A stretch of 60,044 nucleotides of DNA, counting the filler, from an uncultured bacterium (GTDB lineage: Bacteria; DAOPZR01): the NCBI GenBank assembly GCA_964637655.1. It is 4 parts of 4 records of this genome, joined end to end, with 100 filler letters (N's around TTAATTAATTAA, not from the genome) between each part and the next. Parts side by side here need not be neighbours in the genome. Positions count along the whole stretch, not along the records: positions 45,144 to 60,044 come from CAZWUZ010000063.1; 3 more parts are not named here. One strand, written 5' to 3'. Made by a program: the position numbers and the translations under genes. Below the pieces are notes generated by a model that saw nothing but the letters and a program-made list of their open reading frames with translations, was not told the DNA's origin and searched no databases. Positions 45,747-56,231 of this stretch are shown piece after piece. Position 1 is the first letter of the stretch, and every line of letters starts with the position of its first letter.

Positions 45747-48412
45747 ATGAGCCACCGGGCGCCACGGCAGGCGGCGGCGGGCGGCGCGGCCGCGCGCACG
45801 CAGACAGTCATCGCCAGCCACCTCAACCTCGACTTCGACGCGCTCGCCTCGCTGCTCGCGGTGCAGGCGCTCTATCCCGGCGCGCTGCTCGTGCTTCCCG
45901 ACACGCAGGAACAGAACGTGCGCGAGTACCTCACCCTGTCGGGTCTGAAGCGGCGCTTCACCCCGGTCAACCGCGTGCAGCCGGAGCAGGTGGCGCGCCT
46001 CGTGCTCGTCGACACGCGGCAGCGGCGGCGGCTGGGTAAACTGGCGGTGCTGGCGGAGGCGGGGATTCCCGTCGACATCTACGACCACCACCCGCCGGCG
46101 GCGGACGATTTTGCCGGCACCACGGCGGTGCTCGACCAGGTCGGGGCGACAGCGACGCTGGTGCTCGAGGCGCGCGAGCGACGCGGGCTGGCGCTCAGCG
46201 CGGACGAGGCGACGCTGCTCATGCTCGGCATCTACGAGGATACCGGCTCGCTCACTTTCGCCAGCACGACGCCGCGCGACCTGGCGGCGGCGTCGCGGCT
46301 GCTCGAGCACGGCGCCAACCTCGACCTCGTGCGCAACTTCATCCACCAGCCGCTGAGCGGGGCGCAGCGCGAGCTGTTCAACCGCCTGCTGGCGGCGCGG
46401 CGCACGCAGATGATCAACGGCGTGCCGGTGAGTTTCGCGGTCGGGCGCAGCGACAGCTACATCGGCGATGTCGCGGTCATCGCCCACCGTCTGCGCGACC
46501 TCGACAACCTCCCGGTGCTCTTCGTCATCGTCGAGATGGAACAGCGGGTGCACATCGTCGCGCGCTCGAGCAACCCGGCGGTGCCGGTGGGGGAACTGCT
46601 CGCCCCGCACGGCGGCGGCGGGCATGCCACCGCCGCCTCGCTCTGCCTGACCGGCATGACCGCGACGGAGGCGGAGGAACTGGTGCGCGAACTGCTGGCG
46701 GAGCGCGTCGCCGCGCGGCTCTGCGCGGCGGACATCATGAACGCGCCCGTGCGCGCGGTGCGCGAGACCCTGTCGATCAGCGAGGCGAAGCGCCTGCTGC
46801 TGCAGCTCGACTGTTCGGGGCTGGTGGTGACGGCGGCGGACGGGACGCTGCAGGGGATCATCACCCACCGCGATATCGACAAGGCGCTGGCCCACGAGTT
46901 CACCCACGCCCCGGTCAAGGCCTACATGACGGCGAAGGTGGTGACGGTGGCGCCCGACGACTCCATCCACGAACTGCAGGAGAAGATGCTGCGCGAGCGC
47001 GTCGGGCGGCTGCCGGTGGTGGCGGACGGGCAGGTGCGCGGCATTGTCACGCGCAGCGACCTGATGCACGCGCTGTTCGGGGGGGGCGCGGCGTGGCGGC
47101 GGCTGGAGACGCCGCGCGCGACGGTGACCCCGCTCCCGGCGGCGGAGATCCGCCGCCTGCTGCACAAGGACTACGGGGTGGCGCTCTTCGCGCGGCTGGC
47201 GGAGGCGGGGGAGGAGGCGCGCGCGCTCGGCATGCAGGCCTACCTCGTCGGCGGCATGGTACGCGACCTTATCCTCGGCGAGCGCAACCTCGACATCGAC
47301 ATCGTCGTGGCGGGGAACGGCATGGCGCTCGGCGCGCGGCTGGGGGAACGCTGGGGCGTGCGGGTCAGCTGCCACGAGCGCTTCCTGACCGCCAAACTGC
47401 AGACGCCGGAAGGCGCGGCGGTCGACGTCGCCACGGCGCGGGTCGAGCATTACGCGGCCCCGGCGGCACTCCCCGTGGTCGAAGAGGCGGGCGACATTGT
47501 CAACGACCTGAAGCGGCGCGATTTTTCGGTCAATGCCGCGGCCATCGCGCTCAATCCCGACCGCATCGGCGAGGTCATCGACCCGCATTACGGCTACACC
47601 GACCTGCAGAACCGCGTGCTGCGCGTGCTGCATCCGCACTCGTTCATCGACGACCCGAGCCGCATCCTGCGCGCCCAGCTCTTTATCAGCCGCTTCGCGC
47701 TGACACCCGACGCGGCGACGGAGCGCGCGTTGCAGGCGGCGGTGCAGCAGCGCATGCTGCAGTCGATTTCGCCGACCCGCCTGCGCCCCGAACTGCTCGC
47801 CCTGCTCGATCTGCGCGACCCGCGCCCGGCGCTGCGGCGGATGCACGAGGCGGGCATTCTCGCGCAGCTGCACGCGCGGTTCGCGTACGCGGAGATGACG
47901 GCAACCGCCTGCGACCGCATCCACCATCCCGGCCCGGCCTTCGACTGGCCTGCGGACGCCCCGCGCCGGCGCCTCTACCTGCTGGCCCTGCTGCTGCCGC
48001 TGGAAAAGAAGGAGCGGCGCGAATGGCTGCGCGCGTGGGGGTTCAGCCAGTACGACATGACGCTCGGGGCGGCGGCCGCGCGCTGGCGCGACGACCTGGC
48101 CCTGCTGCAGGCGGCGGCGCCCGTGTCACAGCTTGACCGCGGGCTGGCGGCGGCCGACCCGCTCCACCTGAGTTTCCTGCACCTGCTGGCGGATGACGAC
48201 GGCACACGGCAGCGGGAACGGTGCGCGCGGCGGCGGCGCTGCCGGGCGACGCGGGGCAGCTGCTGGTGGCGGCGGGGGTGCCGGCGGGGCCGCGGCGGCG
48301 GGCGCTGCTCGAGGCGGCGCGTGCGCAGCGGCTCGACGGTAAACTGGCGGATGACGACGCGGTGCGCCTCTGGCTGCACGCGGCGGCAGTTGCGGACGGC
48401 GGCGCGGCGTAG
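45747..48412 (+). CDS. DHH-CBS-tRNA nucleotidyltransferase (CCA/A-adding enzyme); apparent frameshift near 48220
   Basis: DFDA, DHH, GGGH, CBS pair, VGGMVRD..DIDI, RRDFSVNA, DDPSRILR; family-like C-terminus (GVPAGP...RLDG) in another frame ends at 48412. Confidence 0.88.
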
Positions 48413-48447
48413 TATACTCCCTTCCATCATCGACCAAGGACGGCAGC

Positions 48448-49368
48448 ATGCGCATACTGGTTACCGGCGGGGCGGGCTTCATCGCCTCGCATATCGTTGA
48501 CGCCTACCTCGCGGACGGCCACGAGGTGGCGGTACTCGACAACCTCTCCACCGGGTGCCGGGAGAATGTCAACCCGGCGGCGCAGTTCTACCACGCCGAC
48601 ATCTGCTTCCACGACCAGGTGAAGGATGTCTTCGACCGTTTCCGCCCGGAGGCGGTCAACCATCACGCGGCGCAGCTCGACGTGCGCCTGTCGGTGGAAC
48701 AACCGGCCTTCGACGCCACGGTCAATATCCTCGGCACCATCAACCTGCTGACGCACGCGGCGCGCCTCGGGACGAAGCGCTTCATCTTCGCCTCGTCGGG
48801 CGGCGTGCTCTACGGCGAGTGCGAGGCGGAATTCCCCGCCAGCGAAAAGGCCCCGCTGCTCCCGGTCTCCCCCTACGGCTTCAGCAAGCAGGCGGGCGAG
48901 CAGTACCTGCGCTTTTTTGCCAACGAGCACGGCATGCATCCCGTGGCGCTGCGCTACGCCAACGTCTACGGGCCGCGGCAGAAGGGGGGCGAGGCGGGGG
49001 TCATCACCATCTTCTGCGACGCCCTGCGGCAGGGGCGGGAGGCGACCATCTTCGGCGACGGGCAGCAGGTGCGCGACTACGTCTGTGTCAGCGACGTGGT
49101 GGCCGTCAACCGCCGCGTGCTCGCGGACGGCCTGGGCGCCTACAATGTCGGCACCGGGGTGGCCACCTCGGTCAACGCGCTCTACGCGCAGTTGCGGATG
49201 CTGGCGGGGAGTACGGCGGCGGCACAGTACGCGGCGGCGCGGGCGGGGGAACTGCAGCGCAACGCGCTCGATGCGTCGCGCGCGCGGCGTGAACTCGGCT
49301 GGCAGCCGCAGGTGGCGCTCGCCGACGGGCTGCGCCTGACTTTTGACAGCCGCGGCAAAGCCAGGTAA
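48448..49368 (+). CDS. NAD-dependent epimerase/dehydratase (UDP-glucose 4-epimerase-like)
   Basis: TGGAGFI, SSGG, YGFSK, RYANVYGPRQ. Confidence 0.92.
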   Translation: MRILVTGGAGFIASHIVDAYLADGHEVAVLDNLSTGCRENVNPAAQFYHADICFHDQVKDVFDRFRPEAVNHHAAQLDVRLSVEQPAFDATVNILGTINLLTHAARLGTKRFIFASSGGVLYGECEAEFPASEKAPLLPVSPYGFSKQAGEQYLRFFANEHGMHPVALRYANVYGPRQKGGEAGVITIFCDALRQGREATIFGDGQQVRDYVCVSDVVAVNRRVLADGLGAYNVGTGVATSVNALYAQLRMLAGSTAAAQYAAARAGELQRNALDASRARRELGWQPQVALADGLRLTFDSRGKAR

Positions 49369-49394
49369 CATATCGCTGTTTCCGGAGGCGGACC

Positions 49395-49772
49395 ATGTTT
49401 GAACTGCGCGTAACCCTCAGATTCGCCGCGGGTCATCACCTGCGGCAGTACCACGGCAAGTGCGAAAACCCGCACGGGCACAATTACCGGGTCGACCTCT
49501 ACATCGCCAGCGACAAGATCGACGTCGAGGGAATGGTCGTCGATTTCACCGAGTTGAAGGAGAAGGGGAAGGCGGTGCTGGCGCGCTTCGACCATGTCGA
49601 CCTCAACACCCTCCCCGAATTCACCCGCATCAATCCGACCACCGAGAACATCGCGGTGGTGCTCTACCGGGCTTTGGCCGCGGAACTGGACAGCGAAACC
49701 GCCTGCCTGGCCGCGGTACGGGTCTGGGAGAGCGAGGACTCCTGCTGCACCTACCGGCCGCCCCGCGACTGA
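49395..49772 (+). CDS. queD: 6-carboxytetrahydropterin synthase
   Basis: FAAGH, CENPHGHNY, DHVDLN, NPTTEN, VWES. Confidence 0.93.
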   Translation: MFELRVTLRFAAGHHLRQYHGKCENPHGHNYRVDLYIASDKIDVEGMVVDFTELKEKGKAVLARFDHVDLNTLPEFTRINPTTENIAVVLYRALAAELDSETACLAAVRVWESEDSCCTYRPPRD

Positions 49773-50004
49773 CGGAACTTAGCTGTTGTCGTTCGTGAAG
49801 TTATGCTGACGGGCGTGGTGTGCCGCGCGCCCGCGGCGGCGTGCATGGTATTTCACACAAATTTTACCCCTGCGTAATAATCCCGTAACAATTTATTGGT
49901 ATCATGCCGGCGTGACTGCCGGGAGGCAGAGAGTTAGTGGGAGGGGGAACTACGCCGCTCGTGGCGGTGACGCCACGAGCGGTTTGTTTCGGACGAACCA
50001 AGCA

Positions 50005-50715
50005 ATGAACGTGAAACTGCTGCAATACACGCCGCAACCTGACGAGACGGTGGCGGTCGCCGCCCGCATCTGCTATGCGCCGGGCGACCTCGAGGAACTG
50101 ACGCACAGCGTGATGACGCCGGCGCGCCGGCGCGAGTTCCTCGCCATGCTGCTCAAGCGCGGGCATCACACCCCGCTGGAGCATGTCGCGTTCACCTTCG
50201 GCATCGAGGGAATTTCGCGCGCCTGCTCGCACCAGCTGGTGCGGCACCGCATTGCCTCGTTCTGCCAGCAGAGCCAGCGCTACGTCGAGATGCGTGATGC
50301 GGCGCGCGACACCTTCGTCGTGCCGCCCGGCATCGCCGCGCTGCCGGCCGCGGAGGAACTCTTCCGCGCGCAGATGACGGCGGCGCGTGACACCTACGCG
50401 CAACTGCGGGCGCTGGGGGTGGCGCGCGAGGACGCGCGCTACGTGCTGCCGTCAGCGACGGAGACGGCGCTGGTGGTGACGATGAACGGGCGGGCGCTGC
50501 TCAACCTCTTCGCGCTGCGCCTGTGCCGCCGCGCGCAGTGGGAAATCCGCACGGTGGCGGAGCGGATGCTGGAACTGGCGCGCAACGTGGCGCCGGAACT
50601 TTTCGCGGCGGCGGGGCCCGGCTGTGTGCACGGCGCCTGCCCCGAGGGCGCCAGCGGCTGCGGGCAGCCCTGGCCGCGCGCGACACCGGCGACCCCGGCC
50701 GCCGCGGCGCACTGA
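50005..50715 (+). CDS. thyX: FAD-dependent thymidylate synthase
   Basis: GHHTPLEH, RHRIASFCQQSQRY, EDARYVLP, AQWEIR. Confidence 0.96.
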   Translation: MNVKLLQYTPQPDETVAVAARICYAPGDLEELTHSVMTPARRREFLAMLLKRGHHTPLEHVAFTFGIEGISRACSHQLVRHRIASFCQQSQRYVEMRDAARDTFVVPPGIAALPAAEELFRAQMTAARDTYAQLRALGVAREDARYVLPSATETALVVTMNGRALLNLFALRLCRRAQWEIRTVAERMLELARNVAPELFAAAGPGCVHGACPEGASGCGQPWPRATPATPAAAAH

Positions 50716-50747
50716 CAGAGAAATCTAAAACAGGTGTGGAGGCATAC

Positions 50748-52838
50748 ATGGTCAAGGTACTGAAACGCAAGCAGGTGAAGGGCGGTGACAGCACGGATCT
50801 GGCGCTGCTGGTCAACGCGATGTCCTCGGCGGCACAGCAGCCGTGGGACAAGAAGAAGGTCATCGACGCGCTGCTCACCGAGACGGAACTCAACCTGATG
50901 GCGGCGCACCAGGTGGCGGACACCGTCGAGCAGCAGATCCGGGCCGCCAACATGACGGTGGTGACCACCTCGCTCATCCGCGAACTGGTCGACGCGGAAC
51001 TGTTCAAGCGCGGGCTGAACAAGACGCTCAAGCAGCACACGCGCGTCGGCATGCCCGTCTACGACATCGAGAAACTGATTTTCGAGACCAACCGCGAGAA
51101 CGCCAACATCCGGCACAACCCCGAGAGCATCAACCTGACCATGGCGGAGATCATGCTCAAGGAATTCGCCATGCAGAAGGTCTTCTCCGAGTTCGTCGGG
51201 GACGCCCACCTCAAGGGGGACATCCACATCCACGATCTCGGCATGATCGACCGCCCCTACTGCTCGGGGCAGTCGCTCGAATACGTCAAGAAGTACGGGC
51301 TCAACCTGCCGGGGATCACCTCGGTCTCCGGCCCGGCGAAGCACGCGACGGTGCTGCTCGGGCACATGCTCAAGATGACCTCGGTGCTGCAGAACCATTT
51401 CTCCGGCGCCATCGGCTGGGACGCGGTCAACCTGTTCTTCGCGCCCTACCTCGAGGAGGCCACGGACGACGAGTTGCGGCAGCTGTCGCAGATGATGATC
51501 TTCGAGTTCAACCAGCTGGCGGGGGGGCGCGGCGGACAGGTCGCGTTTACCGACGTCAACCTCTACTGGGAGGTACCGGACCATTTCGCCGAGGTGCCGG
51601 CCATCGGCCCGGGCGGAGAATTCACCGGGCGCACCTACGGCAGTTACGAGAAGACGGCGCAGCGCTTCGTCAACGCGCTCATCGACGTCTATATGCAGGG
51701 TGATGCCAACGGCACCCCGTTCTTTTTCCCCAAGCCGCTGGTGCATATCACCGAGAAGTTCTTCAAGACGGCGGGGCACGAGGCCTTCCTGCGCCGCCTG
51801 TGCGAACTGGCGGTGGTCAAGGGGAACACCTACTTCGTTTTCGACCGCGGCAACATGGCGAAGATCAGCGAGTGCTGCCGCCTGTCATTCGAACTGTCGG
51901 CGGAGGACATCGCCGAGGCGAAGACCCCGTGGAAGATGCGTTTCTCGGCGCTGCAGAACGTCACGCTCAACCTGCCGCGCGCGGGCTACAAGGCGGCGGG
52001 GAACGAGGAGAAACTCTACGCGGAACTCGACCGGCTGGTCGAGCTGGCGGTTTTCGCGCACAAGGAGAAGCGCAACTTCATCGAGCGCATCCTCGACGCG
52101 GGGAAGGGGAGCGCGCTGGCGATGCTGCTCATCGACCATGACGGCGAGCCCTACTACCGCCTGCGCAAGAGCGCCTACCTTATCGGCCTGCTCGGGCTCA
52201 ACGAACTGGTGCAGACGATGACGGGCGAGCAGCTGCACGAGTCGCGGGCGGCCTACCGGCTCGGCATGAAGGTCATCGCCCATATCAACCTGAAGACCAA
52301 GCAACTGGCGAAGGAACTCGGGCTGAAACTGGTGCTCGAGCAGACGCCGGCGGAATCGACCGCGATGCGCATGGCCAAGCTCGACCTGCGCTACTACCCG
52401 GAGCAGACGAAGGAGGTCATCAAGGGCAGCTTCGAACATGATGAACTCTACTACACCAACTCGACCTTCCTGGCCAACGACGCGCCGGTGAGTTTTGTCG
52501 AGCGCATCGTCAAGGAGGGGCGTATCCATCCGCTGATCACCGCGGGAGCGATCACCCACGTCTGGATGGGCGAGCATCAGCCGGCGCCCGAGGCGGTGGC
52601 GGAGGTGGTGCGCAAGACGTTCACTGACTCGCAGAACGCGCAGATCGCCTTTTCGCCCGAGTTCACCACCTGCGAGGACTGCGGGCGGCTGACCCGCGGC
52701 CTGCATGAGGCCTGTCCCGCCTGCGGCTCGAAGAAAGTGGACGGGGTGACGCGCATCACCGGGTATTTCACCAAGATCTCATCGTGGAACAAGGGGAAGC
52801 GCGGGGAACTGCGCGACCGCCAGCGGAGGACGGTGTAG
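50748..52838 (+). CDS. nrdD: Anaerobic (class III) ribonucleoside-triphosphate reductase with ATP cone
   Basis: ATP cone, IHIHD, SECCRL, EQTPAES, CEDC..CPAC, RITGY glycyl-radical motif. Confidence 0.95.
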   Translation: MVKVLKRKQVKGGDSTDLALLVNAMSSAAQQPWDKKKVIDALLTETELNLMAAHQVADTVEQQIRAANMTVVTTSLIRELVDAELFKRGLNKTLKQHTRVGMPVYDIEKLIFETNRENANIRHNPESINLTMAEIMLKEFAMQKVFSEFVGDAHLKGDIHIHDLGMIDRPYCSGQSLEYVKKYGLNLPGITSVSGPAKHATVLLGHMLKMTSVLQNHFSGAIGWDAVNLFFAPYLEEATDDELRQLSQMMIFEFNQLAGGRGGQVAFTDVNLYWEVPDHFAEVPAIGPGGEFTGRTYGSYEKTAQRFVNALIDVYMQGDANGTPFFFPKPLVHITEKFFKTAGHEAFLRRLCELAVVKGNTYFVFDRGNMAKISECCRLSFELSAEDIAEAKTPWKMRFSALQNVTLNLPRAGYKAAGNEEKLYAELDRLVELAVFAHKEKRNFIERILDAGKGSALAMLLIDHDGEPYYRLRKSAYLIGLLGLNELVQTMTGEQLHESRAAYRLGMKVIAHINLKTKQLAKELGLKLVLEQTPAESTAMRMAKLDLRYYPEQTKEVIKGSFEHDELYYTNSTFLANDAPVSFVERIVKEGRIHPLITAGAITHVWMGEHQPAPEAVAEVVRKTFTDSQNAQIAFSPEFTTCEDCGRLTRGLHEACPACGSKKVDGVTRITGYFTKISSWNKGKRGELRDRQRRTV

Positions 52839-52840
52839 CC

Positions 52841-53125
52841 ATGGCCATCAAATTCTTTCTGAAAAAAAACTGCGACAAGTGTGTCTACGCCAAGGAGAAG
52901 ACGAAGCATCTGGCGGAGCAGATCGCCTTCTTCGACGTCGAAACGCGTGACGGACTGGCCGAGTCGATGCTCTACGACGTGCAGGCGCTCCCGGCCATCA
53001 TCGTCACCGGCGAGGACGACGAGGAAACCATGTCGTGGCGCGGCGGTGAGAACCATACGCAGCCCCTCCTCGCCTTCCTGAAGAAACTCGAACAGCGCTG
53101 CGCGGCGGCTCCCGCCACGGCATGA
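52841..53125 (+). CDS. Small thioredoxin/NrdH-like redoxin
   Basis: CDKC motif, DGLAE...V..LP..I; GGAGG RBS; directly after nrdD. Confidence 0.75.
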   Translation: MAIKFFLKKNCDKCVYAKEKTKHLAEQIAFFDVETRDGLAESMLYDVQALPAIIVTGEDDEETMSWRGGENHTQPLLAFLKKLEQRCAAAPATA

Positions 53126-53547
53126 AGGTTCGCCTGCGCCGCGTGCGCGAGGTGGAACTCCCCGCCTACGCGCATGCGGGCGACGCGGGGATGGATGTCA
53201 CCAATGCGGGGGAGGCGGTCACTCTGCTCCCCGGCGCGCGGGCCATGCTGCCGACGGGACTGATGCTCGAAGTGCCCCCGGGATATGAGGTGCAGGTGCG
53301 TCCGCGCAGCGGCCTGGCGCTCAAGCGCGGGTTGACAGTGCTCAATACGCCGGGTACAATCGATGCCGGCTACCGGGGGGAAGTGGGGGTCATCCTCTGC
53401 AACCTCTCCGCGGAGGCCCAGACCGTGGCGGCCGGGGAGCGCATCGCGCAACTCGTTTTGCACCGGTTTGAACCCATCGAATGGGAGGAAACCGGCGCGC
53501 TCTCCGCCACGACACGCGGCGCGGGCGGGTTCGGCAGCACGGGATGA
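53122..53547 (+). CDS. dut: dUTP diphosphatase
   Basis: [35 protein letters not shown]. Confidence 0.97.
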   Translation: MKVRLRRVREVELPAYAHAGDAGMDVTNAGEAVTLLPGARAMLPTGLMLEVPPGYEVQVRPRSGLALKRGLTVLNTPGTIDAGYRGEVGVILCNLSAEAQTVAAGERIAQLVLHRFEPIEWEETGALSATTRGAGGFGSTG

Positions 53548-54017
53548 GCAAGGTAGACCAGTGGCAGCGCTGGGAACGCATCGTTCTCACCTACGGGTTC
53601 ACCATCTGGACGGCGGCGGTCATGGTCGCCCTGTCGCAGGTGCACGCGTTCTTCTCGCTGATTTACCTTTTCCTGCTGCTCTTTTTCCTGGTGCTCGACC
53701 GCTATTTGCGCTGCACGCGCTGCGTCTACTACGGCACCCCCTGCCACTGTTTCGGCGGGCTGATCGCCAAGCCGCTCTTCCGCCCGCGCGAACAGGAAAA
53801 GGAAAACATCGACGACATCATGGCGGCGGTGCTGCTCGGCGTCTTTCTCGCCTTCCCGCTGCTCGTCTTCCTGCTGCTGGCGGACAATCTGGAGTGGTCG
53901 ACGCGCCTGCTGCTGACCGGCGTGCAACTGTTCCTCGCCGGCGGCTGGCTGGCGCTGCACCGGCTGCGCGGCTGCCGCCAGTGCAAGAACACCTCCTGCC
54001 GCCTCTACAAAGAGTAG
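53544..54017 (+). CDS. Hypothetical membrane protein with Cys motifs
   Basis: About 4 TM segments; [13 protein letters not shown] and [13 protein letters not shown] overlap with dut. Confidence 0.75.
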   Translation: MSKVDQWQRWERIVLTYGFTIWTAAVMVALSQVHAFFSLIYLFLLLFFLVLDRYLRCTRCVYYGTPCHCFGGLIAKPLFRPREQEKENIDDIMAAVLLGVFLAFPLLVFLLLADNLEWSTRLLLTGVQLFLAGGWLALHRLRGCRQCKNTSCRLYKE

Positions 54018-54021
54018 CGGC

Positions 54022-55068
54022 ATGCGCGTCCTCGTTATCGGCGGGGCGGGCTTCATCGGCTGTCATCTCGCCCGCCATCATCTCGACCGCGGCGACACGG
54101 TCACCATCCTCGACAATTTCTCGCGTTTCGGCAGTGACCTGAACGCCGCCTGGCTGCAGGACGCGGGCGGCGACCGCCTGCGCGTGGTGCGGGCGGACAT
54201 CACGGAGTTCAGCGACGGGCTGCGCGCGGCGGTGGACAACAGCGACCTGGTCTACCACATGGCCGCGCAGGTGGCGGTAACGACTTCGGTGGCCGACCCG
54301 CGCGACGATTTCCGCATCAATGCCCTCGGGACCTTCAACGTGCTCGAGGCGGTGCGCCTCGCGGCGTCGCGTCCCCCGCTCTTTTTCGCCTCGACCAACA
54401 AGGTCTACGGCGGCATGGAGGACGTGCAGATCATTGAGCGCGACGGGCGCTATGCCTACCGCGACTATCCCGGCGGCATCAGCGAACAGCAGCCGCTCGA
54501 CTTCCACTCCCCCTACGGCTGCAGCAAGGGGGCGGCCGACCAGTACGTCCGTGATTATGCGCGCATCTATAACCTGCGCACGGTGGTTTTCCGCCAGTCA
54601 TGCATTTACGGCACGCGGCAGTTCGGGGTCGAGGACCAGGGGTGGATCGCCCACTTCATCATTGCCGTGCAGCGCGGCCGGCCGCTCACCGTCTACGGCG
54701 ACGGCAGGCAGGTGCGCGACGTGCTCTACATCGACGATCTCGTGGCGGCGTATGCTGCGGCGTATGCCCGGCTCGACACGGCGGCGGGGAAGATCTACAA
54801 TGTCGGCGGCGGCCCGGAGAATGTCCTGTCGCTGCGCGACCTGCTCGCGCTGCACAGCGAGCGGGCGGGGCGTGAGATTGTGCCGCAGTTCGGCCCGGTG
54901 CGCCCCGGCGACCAGCCCGTCTATGTCAGCGCCATCGACCAGGCGGCGCGGGAACTGGGCTGGCGGCCGCAGGTCGGCGCCCGCGCGGGGGTGGCCCGCC
55001 TTGCCGACTGGGTGCAGGCGCATGCCGCCCTCTTCGACGGACTGTTCGGACTGACGGCGCAATCCTGA
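54022..55068 (+). CDS. CDP-paratose 2-epimerase-like NDP-sugar epimerase
   Basis: AAQVAVTTS, STNKVYG, DFHSPYGCSKG, FRQSCIYG, EDQGW. Confidence 0.88.
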   Translation: MRVLVIGGAGFIGCHLARHHLDRGDTVTILDNFSRFGSDLNAAWLQDAGGDRLRVVRADITEFSDGLRAAVDNSDLVYHMAAQVAVTTSVADPRDDFRINALGTFNVLEAVRLAASRPPLFFASTNKVYGGMEDVQIIERDGRYAYRDYPGGISEQQPLDFHSPYGCSKGAADQYVRDYARIYNLRTVVFRQSCIYGTRQFGVEDQGWIAHFIIAVQRGRPLTVYGDGRQVRDVLYIDDLVAAYAAAYARLDTAAGKIYNVGGGPENVLSLRDLLALHSERAGREIVPQFGPVRPGDQPVYVSAIDQAARELGWRPQVGARAGVARLADWVQAHAALFDGLFGLTAQS

Positions 55069-55072
55069 CGGT

Positions 55073-55101
55073 TTGACAGTCCTGCCGCATCCTGCTAAAA
55101 T
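55073..55101 (+). promoter_or_regulatory. Sigma70 promoter for efp
   Basis: TTGACA-17nt-TAAAAT. Confidence 0.7.
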
Positions 55102-55152
55102 ACGGTTATCAGAACGACAAGCGAGTTGTCGTGTCATATGGAGGTCAGAGGT

Positions 55153-55713
55153 ATGCAGATTCAGGCGACACTGCTGCGGCCGGGGATGATCATCAACCAC
55201 AACGGGGTGCTGCACAGCATCGTGCAGGCCCACCACCATACCCCGGGCAACCTGCGCGGCATGATGCAGGTCAAGATGCGCAACCTCAAGTCGGGCAACT
55301 CGACCGAGTTCCGTTTCCGCTCGGAGGACCGGGTGGAAAAGGTGGCACTCGACCAGCAGCAGCTCGAGTATTTGTACGCCGACGGCGACCTGCACTACTT
55401 CATGAACACCGAAAACTTCGAGCAGTTCCCGCTGACCGCGGAACTGCTGGGCGACAACGTCGCCTACCTGCTCCCCAACGTGCTTTTCGATGTCACCTTT
55501 CACGAGGGGGCGCCGGTGGCGGTGGAACCCCCGCAGACGATGATCATGGAAGTGGTCGAAACCGACCCGGTGATCAAGGGGGCGACGGTCACCGCCTCGA
55601 AAAAGCCGGCGAAACTCGAAACGGGACTGGTGGTGCAGGTGCCGCAGTTCGTCGATGTCGGCACGAAGATCAAGATTGACACGCGCGAGAATACCTATCT
55701 CGACCGCGCCTGA
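55153..55713 (+). CDS. efp: Translation elongation factor P
   Basis: LRPGM, TPGNLRG loop, YLY.DG..YFMN.ENFEQ, KPAKLETG, VPQFV. Confidence 0.95.
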   Translation: MQIQATLLRPGMIINHNGVLHSIVQAHHHTPGNLRGMMQVKMRNLKSGNSTEFRFRSEDRVEKVALDQQQLEYLYADGDLHYFMNTENFEQFPLTAELLGDNVAYLLPNVLFDVTFHEGAPVAVEPPQTMIMEVVETDPVIKGATVTASKKPAKLETGLVVQVPQFVDVGTKIKIDTRENTYLDRA

Positions 55714-55735
55714 CGCGCGGCGGAACGGACGACCC

Positions 55736-56185
55736 ATGACCCTCTCGAGCGGCAGCGAACAGACGCTCCCCTGCCCGCAGTGCCGGCAGCTCAACCCGGT
55801 GCTGCTCTGGGAGCGCATCGTGCTCGAGGAGAAGCCGGAACTGCGCGACGCGCTGTTCAACGGCGAGCTCAACGTCTACCAGTGTCCCGCCTGCGGCGAG
55901 ACGGCGTACGTCGCCGCCCCGCTCCTCTACCACGACCTGGGCAAGAACTATGCCGTGCAGTACCTGCCGGCGCAGATGCTGGAAAACGGCTCCGTGGCGG
56001 AACTCTTCGGGCGCGACGGGCAGCCGCGCGGTGCGGGGGGCGGGCTGGTGCCGCACGTGGTCTTCGACCCGGCGGAACTGCTGCGCTACATCGCCTTCCG
56101 CGAACTGCTCGAACATGCCGCGGTGCATGGCGAGAGCGCGGTCGCGACCCCGCCGCGGAAGTCATCCCTCATCATCACCGACTGA
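55736..56185 (+). CDS. CpXC domain-containing protein
   Basis: CPQC...PELR..LF.GELN...CPACG....PLLYHD. Confidence 0.8.
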   Translation: MTLSSGSEQTLPCPQCRQLNPVLLWERIVLEEKPELRDALFNGELNVYQCPACGETAYVAAPLLYHDLGKNYAVQYLPAQMLENGSVAELFGRDGQPRGAGGGLVPHVVFDPAELLRYIAFRELLEHAAVHGESAVATPPRKSSLIITD

Positions 56186-56231
56186 CCCTCTCCGGATTGA
56201 CAGCGACGGCGCCGCAGGGCACAATACGTCC

